Positions 26,745 to 39,420 of a stretch of DNA of 64,000 nt are shown one piece after another. Below the pieces are notes generated by a model. That model was not told the DNA's origin, did not search any database, and saw only the letters and a list, made by a program, of their open reading frames with translations. Both the position numbers and the translations under genes were made by a program. The stretch comes from Chiloscyllium plagiosum (lineage: Eukaryota), in contig NC_057718.1 of NCBI RefSeq assembly GCF_004010195.1, positions 71,355,715 through 71,419,714 of the forward strand, written 5' to 3'. Each line of letters opens with the position of its first letter. Within the stretch, counting starts at the first letter, position 1.

Positions 26745-28470
26745 TAGATGTGGTCTCAAGAGCCTCAAAAATACATTTCTACTTCTATATTCCTGTCCTT
26801 TCAAAATAAATTGCATTTGCCACCTTAACTACTGACTTAACCTTCAAGACTTGAGAGAATTCTGGACTAGAACTCAGACTTCTGAATTTACTTAACATTT
26901 AGAAAATAGTCCATACCTATATCCTTCCTACCCTTTTATCCCCACTCTGCTTTCTGCCAGACAGCCAAACTTCTATCCATGCTAGCACCACGCCTGTGAC
27001 ACTTATCTTAACTCATAACCTCCTGTGTGGCACCTTGTCAAAGGCGGGCATGAGGTCCAAGTAGATAGCATCCATTAGCTCTTCTTGGTCTAACCTGCTT
27101 GTTACTTTCTCAGAGTTCTAGCAGATTTGTCGGGCATGATGTCTCCTGTTTTGCTGTACACTTCCAAGTATTCAGAAATCTCATCCTTCACAATGGATTC
27201 CAGGATCTTGCCTGCAACTGAGATTAGGCTAATTGATCTGTAATTTTCCCTCTCTTGTCTTGCCTTCCATTTAAACAGGGGTGTCACATTAGCGATTTTT
27301 CCAGTCCTCTGGGACCCTTCCTAATTCTAGCAGTTCCGGAAAGATCACCACTAATGGCTTCACTATCCATACAGCTACTTGCTTTAGAAGTCTGGGGTGT
27401 AGTCCACCTGGACCAGGTGATTTATCAATCTTCAAGTCATTCTGTTTTTTTTAAGCACCTTCTTAGTAATGGCTACCACTTCTGCTGTGCCCCCTCACTG
27501 TCTTGAAATTTTTCGGACATTACTAGTGTCTTCCACTGTGAAGACTGATGCAAAAAAAAATTTCAGTTCCTCCAACCATTTCTTTATTCCCCACACTCTC
27601 TCCTGCGTCGTATTCCAGCAGCTCAGTATCCACTTTTGCCTCTCTTTTGCCCTTTTATATAGCTAAATGAACTTTTACTGTCTTCCTTTGTTACTGGCTA
27701 GCTTAGTGGCATTTAATTTTTTTTCCCTCACTTTTTTTCTCTGTTGCCCTGTAGCCTTTGTAAGCTTCCCAATCTTCTGGTTTCTCACTGCCCTTCGCCA
27801 CATTATATGCCTTCTCATTTGCTTTTAGGCCATCCCTGACTTCCCTAGTCAGCCATGGTTGCCTCATCCTCTCTCCTTTTTCTCGGGATGAATCTCTGCT
27901 ATGTCTCCTGAATTACTCCCAGACAGCCCTGCCGTTGCTGTTCCATTGTCCTTCACCTTCACACCTGAGAAGCAACATACCATCTTGGAATCTCGAAGGC
28001 CACAGGAACGTCTATTTGTTATCCTTAGAATTGAATCCGCTATTACTCCAGCTTTCCCACACTTATTCTTCCTCAACCATGCAGCAAAGCTAACTGCGGT
28101 ACAACAATTTGGCTATTGTTACATTTCTCAGAGAGGCTTTCTCTCCAACAGTATCCAAAGTAGTGTATCTCTTTAGCAGTGCACAGTCTTGATAAGTCAT
28201 CTTTAATCTGCATAGTGGTTGTCCACTCCCTTCCTGCCTGTGGTGTCTTAGCCTGCAGACTCAGTACCTCTCTGTCTTTCTTTGACATTCTGTCAGCCTC
28301 GTGATGCTGCATATTATCTCTGGGCAAAGCTCTAGCTCCAAAATCCAGATTTCCAGGAGCTGCAGCTGGACACTTCCACTGCATGTTGTGGTCCTGGGTG
28401 CTGTAACTGCCTGATTTCCCACATAGAGCAGGAGGAGCACTTCATGAGTTTGAGCTGTCCTTCTATGCTT
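26745..28470 (-). mobile_element. Decayed CR1 LINE including ORF1 (zinc finger + esterase) and ORF2 remnants
   Basis: MKCSSCSMWEIR; VIADSILRITNRRSCG..MVCCFSGVKVKD; NYRSISLISVAGKILESIVKDEI. Confidence 0.75.
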
Positions 28471-28735
28471 TGCTTTTCCAATTTCTTATTCCAATAGATT
28501 GCCCACGAAATCAATTGTTAGCTACAATTGGATGCTTCTAGGGGCCTCTGAACTCAAACTAAAAACCACTTAAAAGCCACTAGGGGAGTCCTTCTCGCTT
28601 TGTCTTTCCAGCTAATAATGAACAATCATATTGTTTGTGTTAGATTTATCATTACCCTGAACTTCATGCTTTTGAATATTTGATTTATAATTGAGTTGAT
28701 TTAAGTTGTGAATAATCTGAAGGTTTGATGCTGAG

Positions 28736-28868
28736 ATTCCCATTTATTTGCTGCTATACTTCTATCAATAGTATGGCAGTTATACGCGTGGGATAAAGCA
28801 TGTTCAGTCATATGTATCTGAAAGACACTGCTGTTGTCTTTGACAGAACTAGCAATGGCTGTACAAAA
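28736..28868 (+). ncRNA. SNORA20: Intronic H/ACA box snoRNA, SNORA20 (ACA20) orthologue
   Basis: 5' hairpin TTCCCATTTATTTGCTGCT...GCAGTTATACGCGTGGGA matches recalled human SNORA20; H box AAAGCA 28795-28800; second hairpin closed by CAGTCAT/ATGGCTG; ACA at 28863-28865 three nt from the end; in TCP1 intron 9, the known host gene. Confidence 0.88.
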
Positions 28869-29091
28869 ATCCTATTATTTCACTTGTATCTACCATCCAA
28901 TTGGTTGCTTCAATGCCTATTACAATTTTACATCTAAAAGTTTGATGCAGCCGATTTGATAAAAGCACATTTGAATGTCTTGAGTCAGGTTTGTTTGTGA
29001 CTTACTCCTTGGAATCATAAATTGCATACTGCAAAAAAGGAGGCTAATTGGATTGCCACGTTCTCTTTCTGCAGCCTCTCCTGCACACTGT

Positions 29092-29428
29092 GGGTGGCAC
29101 AGTGGCACTGCTGCCTCACAGTGCCAGAGACCTTGGTTCAATTCCCGCCTCAGGCGACTGACTGTGTGGAGTTTGCACATTCTCCCCGTGTCTGCGTGGG
29201 TTTCCTCCGGGTGCTCCGGTTTCTTCCCACAGTCCAAAAATGTGCAGGTTAGGCGAATTGGCCATGCTAAATTGCCCGCGAATTGGCCATGCTAAATTGC
29301 CCGCGAATTGGCCTTGCTAAATTGCCCGCAGTGTTAGGTGAAGGGGTAAATGTAGGGGAATGGGTCTAGGTGGGTCGGTGTGGACTTGTTGGGTAGAAGG
29401 GCCTGTTTCCACGCTGCAAGTAATCTAA
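29092..29428 (+). mobile_element. HE1-type SINE with internal 25-bp triplication
   Basis: tRNA-like head, V-like core, taatct tail; GCGAATTGGCCATGCTAAATTGCCC x3 at 29253-29327. Confidence 0.85.
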
Positions 29429-29742
29429 GAAACCACTCACTTGGAGGCTCCTGTTCCCTGACTTAGGGGTTGGGGGCCACCGTCTCTCCCCTAGGTGCCA
29501 ATGGCACCTGTGCCCCTTGTGCCCTGGACCATGTAGCTCTCCACGCTATCTCTCCCTACAACACATGTGCCACCCTAACCCACGTTCCTTTCTCTCTCTG
29601 TCGTGACCCCTCTCTCTCTGGAATTGTGTGTGCATGTCAGTACATCTGAATGCTGCAGGTTATACGTGAGATGTATGTAATTTTTGTGCATCAACATATT
29701 CTGCCATTTTAACCTTTTTTTTTTGTTCGTCTTTTTCTTTAG

Positions 29743-29935
29743 CACAAAGGCCCGTACATCTGCTTCCATCATCCTGCGTGGAGCAAATGATTTCATGTGT
29801 GATGAGATGGAGCGCTCTGTCCATGATGCACTTAGTGTGGCCAAGAGAGTTTTGGAATCCAAGTCATTAGTGCCAGGTGGTGGTGCAGTAGAAGCAGCAC
29901 TCTCCATCTACTTGGAGAACTATGCTACCAGTTTG
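29743..29935 (+). CDS. TCP1: TCP1 exon (human exon 10 equivalent)
   Basis: polypyrimidine tract + tag|CACAAAG...TTTG|gtatg; 193 nt; TKARTSASIILRGANDFMCDEMERSVHDALSVAKRVLESKSLVPGGGAVEAALSIYLENYATSL. Confidence 0.97.
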
Positions 29936-30396
29936 GTATGAATCTAGTTTGGATGTTTCTTCAAAAGAATTCTGGATTTATTTTATCCTTTCTGATAATT
30001 CAAATTGTTTTGGTGTCATTGGTCCAAATTGAAGATTGAGTTGCAACTTTATTTTGACCAAACATTAGTAACTATGGTAGTATAAAATACAACATCTAAT
30101 TGTCCAAACCAATATCTTGACTGTCAAATATGCTGCAAAAGAAAGCTGATTTTAGTTGAAGGTGTTGGGGGTAGATGGGGAGACATGAAATTGTAGACGG
30201 AGGTTTGAGTGGAACAGCAAGATAACACATTCTTTTTTTAATTTCTGTACTGGAGAACATTTCATCTAATCGGAATTCTTTTAAAGGAGTCTGACTTATG
30301 CAGTAAAGTAGCTGTCACTAATTTGTTGTGCCTGTTTAGAATTGGGAGGAAATTGTCATGAATTTTAGAGTGTAATTGAGGAATTTTATCATTTAG

Positions 30397-30560
30397 GGAT
30401 CACGTGAGCAGCTTGCAATTGCTGAATTTGCCCGGGCTTTGTTAGTTATTCCAAAGACTCTGGCAGTAAATGCAGCTCAGGATTCTACAGACCTGGTTGC
30501 TAAGCTGCGTGCATTCCACAATGAAGCCCAGGTAAACCCAGAACGTAAAAACCTGAAATG
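30397..30560 (+). CDS. TCP1: TCP1 exon (human exon 11 equivalent)
   Basis: tttag|GGATCA...AAATG|gtaagt; 164 nt; GSREQLAIAEFARALLVIPKTLAVNAAQDSTDLVAKLRAFHNEAQVNPERKNLK(W). Confidence 0.97.
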
Positions 30561-31889
30561 GTAAGTATGTTTTTTTTTCCCTTTTTGGGTGTGAAGTGTA
30601 TTTTGTGCTAATATCCATAACTTTTGTTACAAGCTGTTGGGTGGTTTCTTGGTTTGCAATATGAGGACACACATCGATTTGTACATAAACTGAATGCTTT
30701 AGGGTTAGGGTTGAACACTCTTAATACAATTCTTGAGTTCCATTTGATTGTGTGGCTTCATAAGACATGACTGGTTCATTTTCATCTCTTGTTTTCCCAG
30801 TATTGAGTTTCTATAGGTGAAGCATTGCATAAGCATTCAAACTAGGAGCAAGAGTTCAGCCCTCAAAAGTCTGTTGTATCATTGGATATGATTATGGCGA
30901 ATCTGATTTGGAGTCATAATATCCATGTTCCTATCTACCCTCGATACTGTTGAGCTCTTTGTTATTGACAAAATCTCTATCTTTGCCCTAAAATATTCAA
31001 AGATCCTGCTTCTGCGCTCTGGGGAACAGAATTTCACACGTGCTCATTCTCAATGTTTTTAAACAAAGTTGTACATGGGATACTGGTGTTGCTGGCCTGA
31101 CCAGGCCAGAATGTATTCCCCATCCCTAATTGTCTTGAAGATGTTGATGGTAAGCTACCTTGTTGAATCTCTACAGCCTTTGGTCTGTAGATTCACCAAC
31201 AAAGCTGTTGGGAAAGGAGTTCCAAGTTTTGGACATGGTGACAATGCAGGAACAATATACTTTCAGGTCAAAGTAGTATCTGGCTTGGAAGGGAACTTTT
31301 CAGGTTGTGTGCTTCCATGCATTTGCTGCCCTTGACCTTCTAGGTGGTTGGTCGATATTGTAAGGTTTGAAAGAAACCTTGATCTACTGCAGTGCATCTA
31401 GATGCAGATCTTTGCAGGTACTTTTTTTTTTTGTCTCATTTTTAAACCGTCTCCTAATTCTAAGCACCTCCCATTGAAGAAAGTATCATTTCAGCATTCA
31501 TTTTGTTAAATCTCCTGAGGAACCTTTGTTTCGATAAGATCACATCAGTCGTTTTAACCTGGGAATGACCTTTCGCCAACAAATAATTCCCTTCACTGCA
31601 GGAATCAATAGCATTGAATATACTCTACTTTTTTCTCATGCAATTTTGCCCTTTTCTGAATAAGACAGTCAAAACTGTACACAGTACTCTAGATGTGGTC
31701 TCCAACGTCCTCTATAACTGTAGCAAAAGGTTTTTTATGTTCCATTCCTCTTGCCTTCCTAATCAGTTTCTGTACTCCAGGTTGATTTTATCACTGCCAG
31801 ATCCATCTACAAATTCTGATTTAATTAAGATATTGCCCTTCATTTCTTTATGCCAAAATAGGCAAGTTTGTTTCCCATATTATGTATGA

Positions 31890-32745
31890 ATCACAAAAAG
31901 GTAGCATCCAAGGAAAACAAATGGAATGTTGGCCTTCATTCAAAAGAAATGAAGTATTAAAGTAGAGAATTTTTGCTAAAACTATAGTCAGCTGAAATAC
32001 TGTAAACAGTTTTGGACCCTATCTCTGGAAAGATATACTAGCATTGGAGGTAGTCCAGAAAAGATTCAACAGGTTGATAGTGACTCTGAAGAGGTTGAGT
32101 AGATTGGGCCTGTGCTTTTTGGAATGTAGAAGCATGAGACAGCCTTATTGAAACATCCCTTGGGGGATGTAACAAGATAGATGCAAGGTAGTGGGAAAGT
32201 CAAGGGCCAGAGGGCATATTTTCAGATGAAGGGGTACAGCATTACTGTCGGTACGGTGGCACAGTGGTTAGCACTGCTGCCTCACAGCGCCAGAGACCCG
32301 GGTTCAATTCCCGCCTCAGGAGTTTGCACATTCTCCCCGTGTCTGCGTGGGTTTCCTCCCACAATCCCAAAATGTGCAGGTTAGGTGAATTGACCATGCT
32401 AAATTGCCCGTAGTGTTAGGTGAAGGGGTAAATGTAGTTGAGTGGGTCTGGGTGGATTGGGCTTCAGGGCGGTGTGGACTTGTTGGGCCGAAGGGCCTGT
32501 TTCCACACTAAGTAATCTAATCTAATTGTAAGACTGAAGAAGAATAATAATTTTCTGCTGAAGATAGTGAATTTGTGGAGCTCATTGCTACAGAGGCTGT
32601 TCAGTCATTAATTATATGCAAGGTTGAGATATAGTTTTAAACAGGAATTAAGGATCTGACAAAAAGTTAGGGATTAACAGATTAGCTATGATATCACTGA
32701 AGCAGACCCAGTGAACTGATCTATTTCCATGTCGTATGATCTTAT
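31890..32745 (+). mobile_element. CR1 3' fragment with nested HE1-type SINE (32247-32525)
   Basis: CR1 ORF2 end (KDILALEVVQKRF) and 3' UTR; SINE head cggtggcacagtggttagcactgctgcctcacagcgccagagacccgggttcaattcc. Confidence 0.75.
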
Positions 32746-32764
32746 ACAGTGCTCGCTGAAGACA

Positions 32765-33317
32765 GACATTTGCCCCAGAATGCGAAAAGAATGAAAGATT
32801 TTCTTCATGTTCATGCACTAGTACTGACTTGTAATCTATATATAACTGGTGATCTCTGCACAGATTAAGCAATGCAAATATCTCCTCTTTGTTTATGCTC
32901 AGTCTGGGTGTGTTACCAGTGTAAATCAACTGTAAACTATCAAACATCATAACCATGCTCACAACTTCTGCTAATTCAATTGGATCTCAACCACTGCCAT
33001 GGTTAACTGACAGTTAATTGAATCCAATTTCATCTCTTGGCTTGGATTGGCACTCGTACCCTAGAGGAAACTTGTCCATATTTTGCTTTAATTGTAATTG
33101 AACAGTAATCTTAAAGTTGTGGTTCATGTTTGAAACAGTTAAAACCTGAGATTCTGTTTTTTTGATCCACTAAATTTGGTTGGATACTGATGCTTAGATT
33201 TAATGTAATTTATATTTTGTAATTTAGCTTTAGTCAATTATATTGAGTTTAATTTTAATCTTTGGACCTTTTGTAATGACTAAAAGAATAGTAATGAAGA
33301 TTGTGTTTGGACTTCAG
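32765..33317 (+). pseudogene. Decayed internal duplicate of TCP1 intron 6 (3' part) plus first ~48 nt of exon 7
   Basis: Colinear matches to ~160-730: tgccccagaat, ctgacttgta, taactggtgat, ccactgccat, tggcactcgta..ctagaggaa, agtcaatta.attgagttt, aatgactaaaagaata, tgtttggacttcag; splice acceptor AG lost. Confidence 0.85.
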
Positions 33318-33709
33318 GTGTTTTTTAATATCTTTTATAGGTGTGTGTGTCATTGGAAATTGACCTTTCAAGGTCAGTGGCCCTGTTGCCATCCCTGGTT
33401 GCCCTTAATGGCACTCTGGGCCATTTTAGGGGGCATTCAAGAGCCATAAATATTTGTCTTGCATCAAATATACCCCTTGGGTATCCAGTATTCTCTAATG
33501 TCTTATCACCCACCTTTTTTTAATAATCTCTGAATGTTGTACATCCTTGAATATTAAACACTCCATTCTCATTATGTTTAAGGCACATCTAACTAAAGAC
33601 TAGTTACTTTACCTCATCCTTAAGTTAATATGGGTGTCTTTTAATGGTTGTCGGTTATTCTCTGAGAATTGGTTTCCTATTTGATAAAGCACATTTTTTT
33701 CTTGCACAG

Positions 33710-33926
33710 GATTGGTCTTGATTTAGTGAATGGAAAACCAAGGGACAATAAGCAAGCTGGTGTTTTTGAGCCAACTATGGTCAAAACAAAGAGTCTGAAA
33801 TTTTCAACAGAAGCTGCAATTACTATTCTTCGTATTGATGACCTCATTAAACTTTATCCAGAAGATAAACAAGAGAAAGGAAAAAGCTACCATGATGCAG
33901 TTCAAAGTGGAGAGCTTGATGGTTGA
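33710..33926 (+). CDS. TCP1: TCP1 terminal coding exon (human exon 12 equivalent)
   Basis: cacag|GATTGGT...TGA; 217 coding nt; IGLDLVNGKPRDNKQAGVFEPTMVKTKSLKFSTEAAITILRIDDLIKLYPEDKQEKGKSYHDAVQSGELDG*. Confidence 0.97.
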
Positions 33927-34165
33927 AGAACTGAAGTTTTAAATGTTATTTGTTGGATTATTATTAGTATTTTTGCAGATAGCGAAATACAAAATTTTCC
34001 CATTTTCTGCTTTTGCTTATTGTTTTTGTGGCTACTGAATATTTAATTGTTTCTAGTACCTGCATATTCCACTCATTAAGGAAAAATATCACTTTCTTTG
34101 GAACTTGGAAATTGCCTGCATTAGTACCTTTTTGTTTACTTGTACTGGATGATATTCATGTCTTC

Positions 34166-34171
34166 AATAAA
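34166..34171 (+). terminator. Polyadenylation signal of TCP1
   Basis: AATAAA about 240 nt after the stop, followed by a T/GT-rich downstream tract (ttttttgtc...tctggttttg). Confidence 0.75.
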
Positions 34172-35297
34172 GTCTGACAAACTACTTTTTTGTCACAATT
34201 TCTGGTTTTGAATCCATCATAATGTTTTCAGATAATTGCACACTGTTCAGTATGATTCATGACAACATGATTCTAACTGTAAGGGATGTACATTTGTCTT
34301 CCAGTCTTTTCTTCACATATCTGATGAAGTTTGGCAGTCAGTTTTTTAATGTTTTCAGCAAGCTTACATGTTCTAATTTCCCTTTCCGAATCAAACCTTT
34401 GCCTTTCTCTGATTTTTAAATTTCTCCCAGTCCTCAGGACTTCTGCTTTTTCTGGCCAATCTGTATTCCTCCTCTTTGCTGTTAACACTATCCCTGATTT
34501 TTCTTGTTAGCCATGGTTGAGCCACGTTCCCTGTTTTACACTGGATAGGGGGTTACAATTGTTGAAGTTCATTGCCTATTCACCGTCAACTCCTTTAGTA
34601 TCCTTGGTCAGCTTCTCCTAGCCAATGCATGCATCATACCATCAAAAGTTAGCTTTCTTTAAGTTCAGGACCCTAGTTTTAGATTTAATTGTGTCCTTCC
34701 CTGTCTTAATGAAGAACTGTATGATGTTATGGTCATCCCCTCCACCCACACACACACACACCCACCCCCAAAAGTAAAATCTCACAAAGCAATGCCCTTT
34801 CATTATACAATTACCAAGTCTAGGGTGGCCTGCTCTATGTTTGGTTCCTGGACACATTGGTCAAGGAAACCATATCTCTCTCATTCCAGGAAATCCTACT
34901 CCATCACATTGCTACCAGTTTGGTTAGTGCACTCAATATGTATATTGAAGTCACCCATAATAACTGGTGTACCCTGACTGCATGCACCTCTGATTTCCTG
35001 TTTGATGTAGTCCCCAACATCACAACTGCCACTAATGCCTTTTTTTTCCTTTGGTGTTCCGCAGCACCACCCATACTGATCTAATGTTCTCCTTACTATT
35101 GTTCATCTCCTCCTTAACCAGCAAAGGTACTCCACCTCTCCATATGCCTTTCCTGAAAATTGAGGACCCTAGAGCCAGGTCCCTGTGATCCCAATTATGT
35201 CATATCCATTGCTAACTGCAGTTAATTCATCCTAATTACAAATGCTCCTCGCATTGAGAGACAGCCTTCAGGCTTTTTAAAAAATATTTATTAATTA

Positions 35298-36570
35298 GAA
35301 TGGACGGCTTTGAGGTATGTAGGGAAGAGATGTTGGAAATTCTGGAAAGGGTGAAAATAGATAAGTCTCCTGGGCCTGATGGCATTTATCCTAGGATTCT
35401 CTGGGAAGCAAGGGAGGAGATTGCAGAGCCATTGGCCTTGATTTTTATGTCCTCATCTACAGGAATAGTGCCAGAAGACTGGAGGATAGCAAATGTTCCC
35501 TTGTTCAAGAAGGGTAGTAATGATAACCCTATTAACTATAGGCCGGTGAGTCTCACTTCTGTTGTGGGCAAAGTCTTAGAGAGAATTGTAAGGGATAGGA
35601 TTTATGAACATCTGGATAGGAATAATGTGATCAAGGATAGTCAGCATGGTTTTGTGAAGGGCAGGTCGTGCCTCACAAACCTTATCCAATTCTTTGAGAA
35701 GGTAACTAAGGAGGTGGACGAGGGNNNNNNNNNNNNNNNNNNNNNNNNNNNNNNNNNNNNNNNNNNNNNNNNNNNNNNNNNNNNNNNNNNNNNNNNNNNN
35801 NNNNNNNNNNNNNNNNNNNNNNNNNNNNNNNNNNNNNNNNNNNNNNNNNNNNNNNNNNNNNNNNNNNNNNNNNNNNNNNNNNNNNNNNNNNNNNNNNNNN
35901 NNNNNNNNNNNNNNNNNNNNNNNNNNNNNNNNNNNNNNNNNNNNNNNNNNNNNNNNNNNNNNNNNNNNNNNNNNNNNNNNNNNNNNNNNNNNNNNNNNNN
36001 NNNNNNNNNNNNNNNNNNNNNNNNNNNNNNNNNNNNNNNNNNNNNNNNNNNNNNNNNNNNNNNNNNNNNNNNNNNNNNTTTTGTCGCCATACTATAGGAA
36101 GGATGTGGTGGCACTGGAACGGGTGCAGAGGAGGTTTACCAGGATGTTGCCTGGTATGGTAGGAAGATCGTATGAGGAAAGGCTGAGGCACTTGGGGCTG
36201 TTTTCAATGGAGAAAAGAAGGTTTAGGGGTGACTTGATAGAGGTGTACAAGATGATTAGGGGGTTAGATATGGTTGACCATGAGAACCTTTTTCCACGTA
36301 TGAAGTCAGCTATTACGAGGGGGCATAGCTTTAAATTAAGGGGTGGTAGGTATAGGGCAGATGTTAGGGGTAGATTCTTTACTCAGCGAGTCGTGAGTTC
36401 ATGGAATGCCATGGCCGTAGCAGTGGTGGATTCTCCCTCTTTATAGGCAATTAAACGGGCATTGGTTAGGCATATGGAGGATAGTGGGCTGGTGTAGGTT
36501 AGGTGGGCTTGGATCGGTGCAACATCGAGGGCCAAAGGGGCTGTATTGCGCTGTATTTTTTCTATGTTTA
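35298..36570 (+). mobile_element. Young 5'-truncated CR1 LINE spanning an assembly gap
   Basis: Open RT frames KSPGPDGIYPRIL..NYRPVSLTSVVGK..QHGFVKGRSCLTNL and SPYYRKDVVALERVQRRFTRMLPG; 3' UTR ending ttctatg. Confidence 0.9.
35725..36078. other. Assembly gap (others at 43122-43915, 50444-50910, 52724-53017)
   Basis: Runs of N, each inside a young LINE copy. Confidence 0.99.
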
Positions 36571-38084
36571 TTGCTCTTTTAGAATTACTGTGAAATGTGG
36601 CCACCTTTCATTTTTATCTTTCTTTTCTCTGCCTTTTATTTTCACTTTTTCCTCTTACAGTACTTTGTTTCTGGATAAAATAGCATGATTGATTGACATT
36701 ACATTTATTAATACAATACATTCCCACCCTCCATTGCGATGTGTATCATTTATAAAATGTACTGCAGAGACTCAGGATTCTTGGAAAGCACCTTCTAAGC
36801 CTATGGCCATTGAATCAAGAATATGTCACAGATGCATGGGAACATCTCCTGCAAGTACCCCTCAAAACCAACTCAACATCTTGAAAATATGTCACTGTTC
36901 ACTGAGCCAAAGACCTGGAATGACCTGCAACAGGTAGACCAGTGTTTCAAGAATACAGCTCATCACCACCCCAATGGACAACAAATGCTGATTCAGCCAG
37001 TGAAGCCAACATTTCCAAATTATTTTTTTAAAAAGTGGATTAGTTGGTTTTAAATCTGGAAAGTTGGAGTACTAGAGAATGGCTTAGGTATTAACTTGCC
37101 TTTTACCTGCAGAGCAAGAATGTTTAAAATGCTGAACCAGCACTCTTGCTATGTACACCAGAGCATCAGTCCAATAACACACATTAATGTCGCAGTCTGT
37201 TTTTAAAGCCTTTTTTGTATATTCATGGAGAGTATTACAGACATGCTGCAAAGAAGTATCTTTCTGCTGAGAGGGAAGGGTAGTTGGATCTTGTTATATC
37301 AGTCTTGTTGACTCTCTTCCTGTTTGAAGTTTCCCTGTCACTACAGGTGTGATACCCTGGGTTTGCAAAGCATTTGCAGGGTTTTTTTCCTGCAGCTGGA
37401 ATTAAAAAGTTAAAAAAATCAATACTTTGAGGCCACACTAGTTACAGCCTGTCGAGCTGAAACAGTCCTATTTATTTATGTTTTATGCCTCACTTGGCAC
37501 AAGCACAGACTTGTTTGTTAATGTAAATCTCCTAGTGCCTTAATACAATGCTTCTGCCCTTGTCGAAATAGCATGCCTTGGTTGGGTTGTCCAAATTAAA
37601 CCCCTTCATGTTCTGAACTCAAAAAAAAACACAAGATGTCATTATGTATTAGGAAGTAACAATGTTATTGTAAACCAGCGGGAAAACCTTACATTTCTGC
37701 CCATTCTTCATTCAGACCGAAACGCACCTTATATTATTTTAACCTCTTTGTTTGATAATTTGCAATCCTTCAAACAGCTTGCCTGTCCAGAGAGAATTGT
37801 AGAGCCATGAGCCACGTTGACCAGTCCTGGACCATCTTTATGACTGTAGACCCCTCTGGGACGAGATTTACTATTATTTAGCTGGAACACCTACAATTAC
37901 ATGACAGATCCATCTGGCACTGATTATAGGCCTGAGTCACTTGACCTGATCCTGACCTGTAGAAAAAATGCTTCAATTTCCATGTAGAAAAAATGCTTCA
38001 ATTTCATCCCTTTTATTACAAGTCATGTCAAGCACACCACAATCACATCAAACATTTTGCTGTAGATCAGGATGTCTGAGAACT

Positions 38085-39420
38085 AGAGTCATAGAGAGTC
38101 AGTAGAATCCTACAGCATATGGAGACAGGCCCTTTGGCCCAAACTGATCCATGCCAACCAAAATGTCCATCTATGCTAACCCCATTTCCCTACACATGGC
38201 CCATATCCTTATAATTCTTTCCTATCCATCTATTTGTCTAAATGCTTTTAGATGTTGTTAATGTACCCACCTCAACCACTTGCACTGGCAGCTCATTCCT
38301 TGTGTGTCCTACTCTTTGTGTAAAAATGTTGCCTGTCAGGTTCCATTTTATTCTTTCACCTCTAACCTCAAACTGATGCCCTCCAATCCTCAATTCCCCA
38401 ACCCTGGAAAAAGACTGAGTCCATTCTGCCCATCCATACCTCAATCTTATACACCTCTATAAAGTCACCCCAAAGTCTCCTAGGCTGTAAAAAAAAAGAT
38501 CCAGGCTTGTTCAATCCCTTCCTATAACTCAGACCATTGAGTGCAGGCAACACCGCTGTAAATTTCTTCTGTACTCTTTCCAGTTTAATGACATCCTTCA
38601 TGTAAAAAGGTGACCAAAACTGAACACAATACTCCAAGCGTGGCCTCATTAACGTCCCGCAACATAACTTCCCAACCTCTATACTCAATGCCCTGACTGA
38701 TGAAGACCAGCATGCCAAAAGCCGCCTTCACTGCCCTGTTTACCTGTGACTCCACTTTCAGAGAACTGTGCAACTGAACTCCAAGATCCCTCTGTTCAAC
38801 TACACTCCTTAAGGTCCTACCATTCACCATGAAACTCCTACTTTGGTTTGACTTTCCAAAATGCAAGACTACCTATATTAAATTCCATTTGCCATTTTTC
38901 GGCCCACTTCCCCAGTTAATCAAGGTCCTGCTGTTATTTCTGATAACCTTCCTCACTGTCGATGATACTGCCTATTTTAGTGTCACCAGCAAACTGACTA
39001 ATCATGAGGAGAAAGTGATGTCTGCAGATGCTGGAGATCAGAGCTGAAAATGTGTTGCTGGAAAAGCGCAGCAGGTCAGGCAGCATCCAGGGAACAGGAG
39101 AATCGATGTTTCGGGCATTTCCTAAAGAAGAGCTTATGCCCGAAACGTCGATTCTCCTGTTCCCTGGATGCTGCCTGACCTGCTGCGCTTTTCCAGCAAC
39201 ACATTTTCAGCAACTGACTAATCATGCCTTGTATATTCTCATCCAAGACATTAATATAGGTAACAAACAGTAATGGGCTCAGCACTGATCCCTGAGGCAC
39301 TCCATGAGTCAGAGGCCTCCAGGTCAATAAGCATCTTTAAACTGTTACCTTTTTCTTCCTACCATCAAGCCAATTTTGTATCCAATTTGCCAGCTTGCCC
39401 TGGTTTCCATGCGTCCCCGA
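38085..39420 (-). mobile_element. CR1 LINE 3' fragment with nested Penelope-derived palindrome
   Basis: GVPQGSVLSPLLFVTYIN, EQRDLGVQLHSSLK, LEYCVQFWSP motifs. Confidence 0.85.
39007..39211. mobile_element. Inverted pair of Penelope terminal repeats
   Basis: About 75-bp near-perfect inverted arms (39043-39118 / 39136-39211); 15-bp TSD AACTGACTAATCATG. Confidence 0.85.

Noticed and set aside
29575..29907. 110-aa minus-strand ORF
   Set aside because: Antisense shadow of TCP1 exon 10
33243..33449. Functional alternative TCP1 exon (MTKRIV...)
   Set aside because: Acceptor AG is lost and deletions disrupt similarity after six codons; treated as a pseudo-exon
37958..38006. 25-bp tandem duplication tgtagaaaaaatgcttcaatttc
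   Set aside because: Simple local slippage with no further structure
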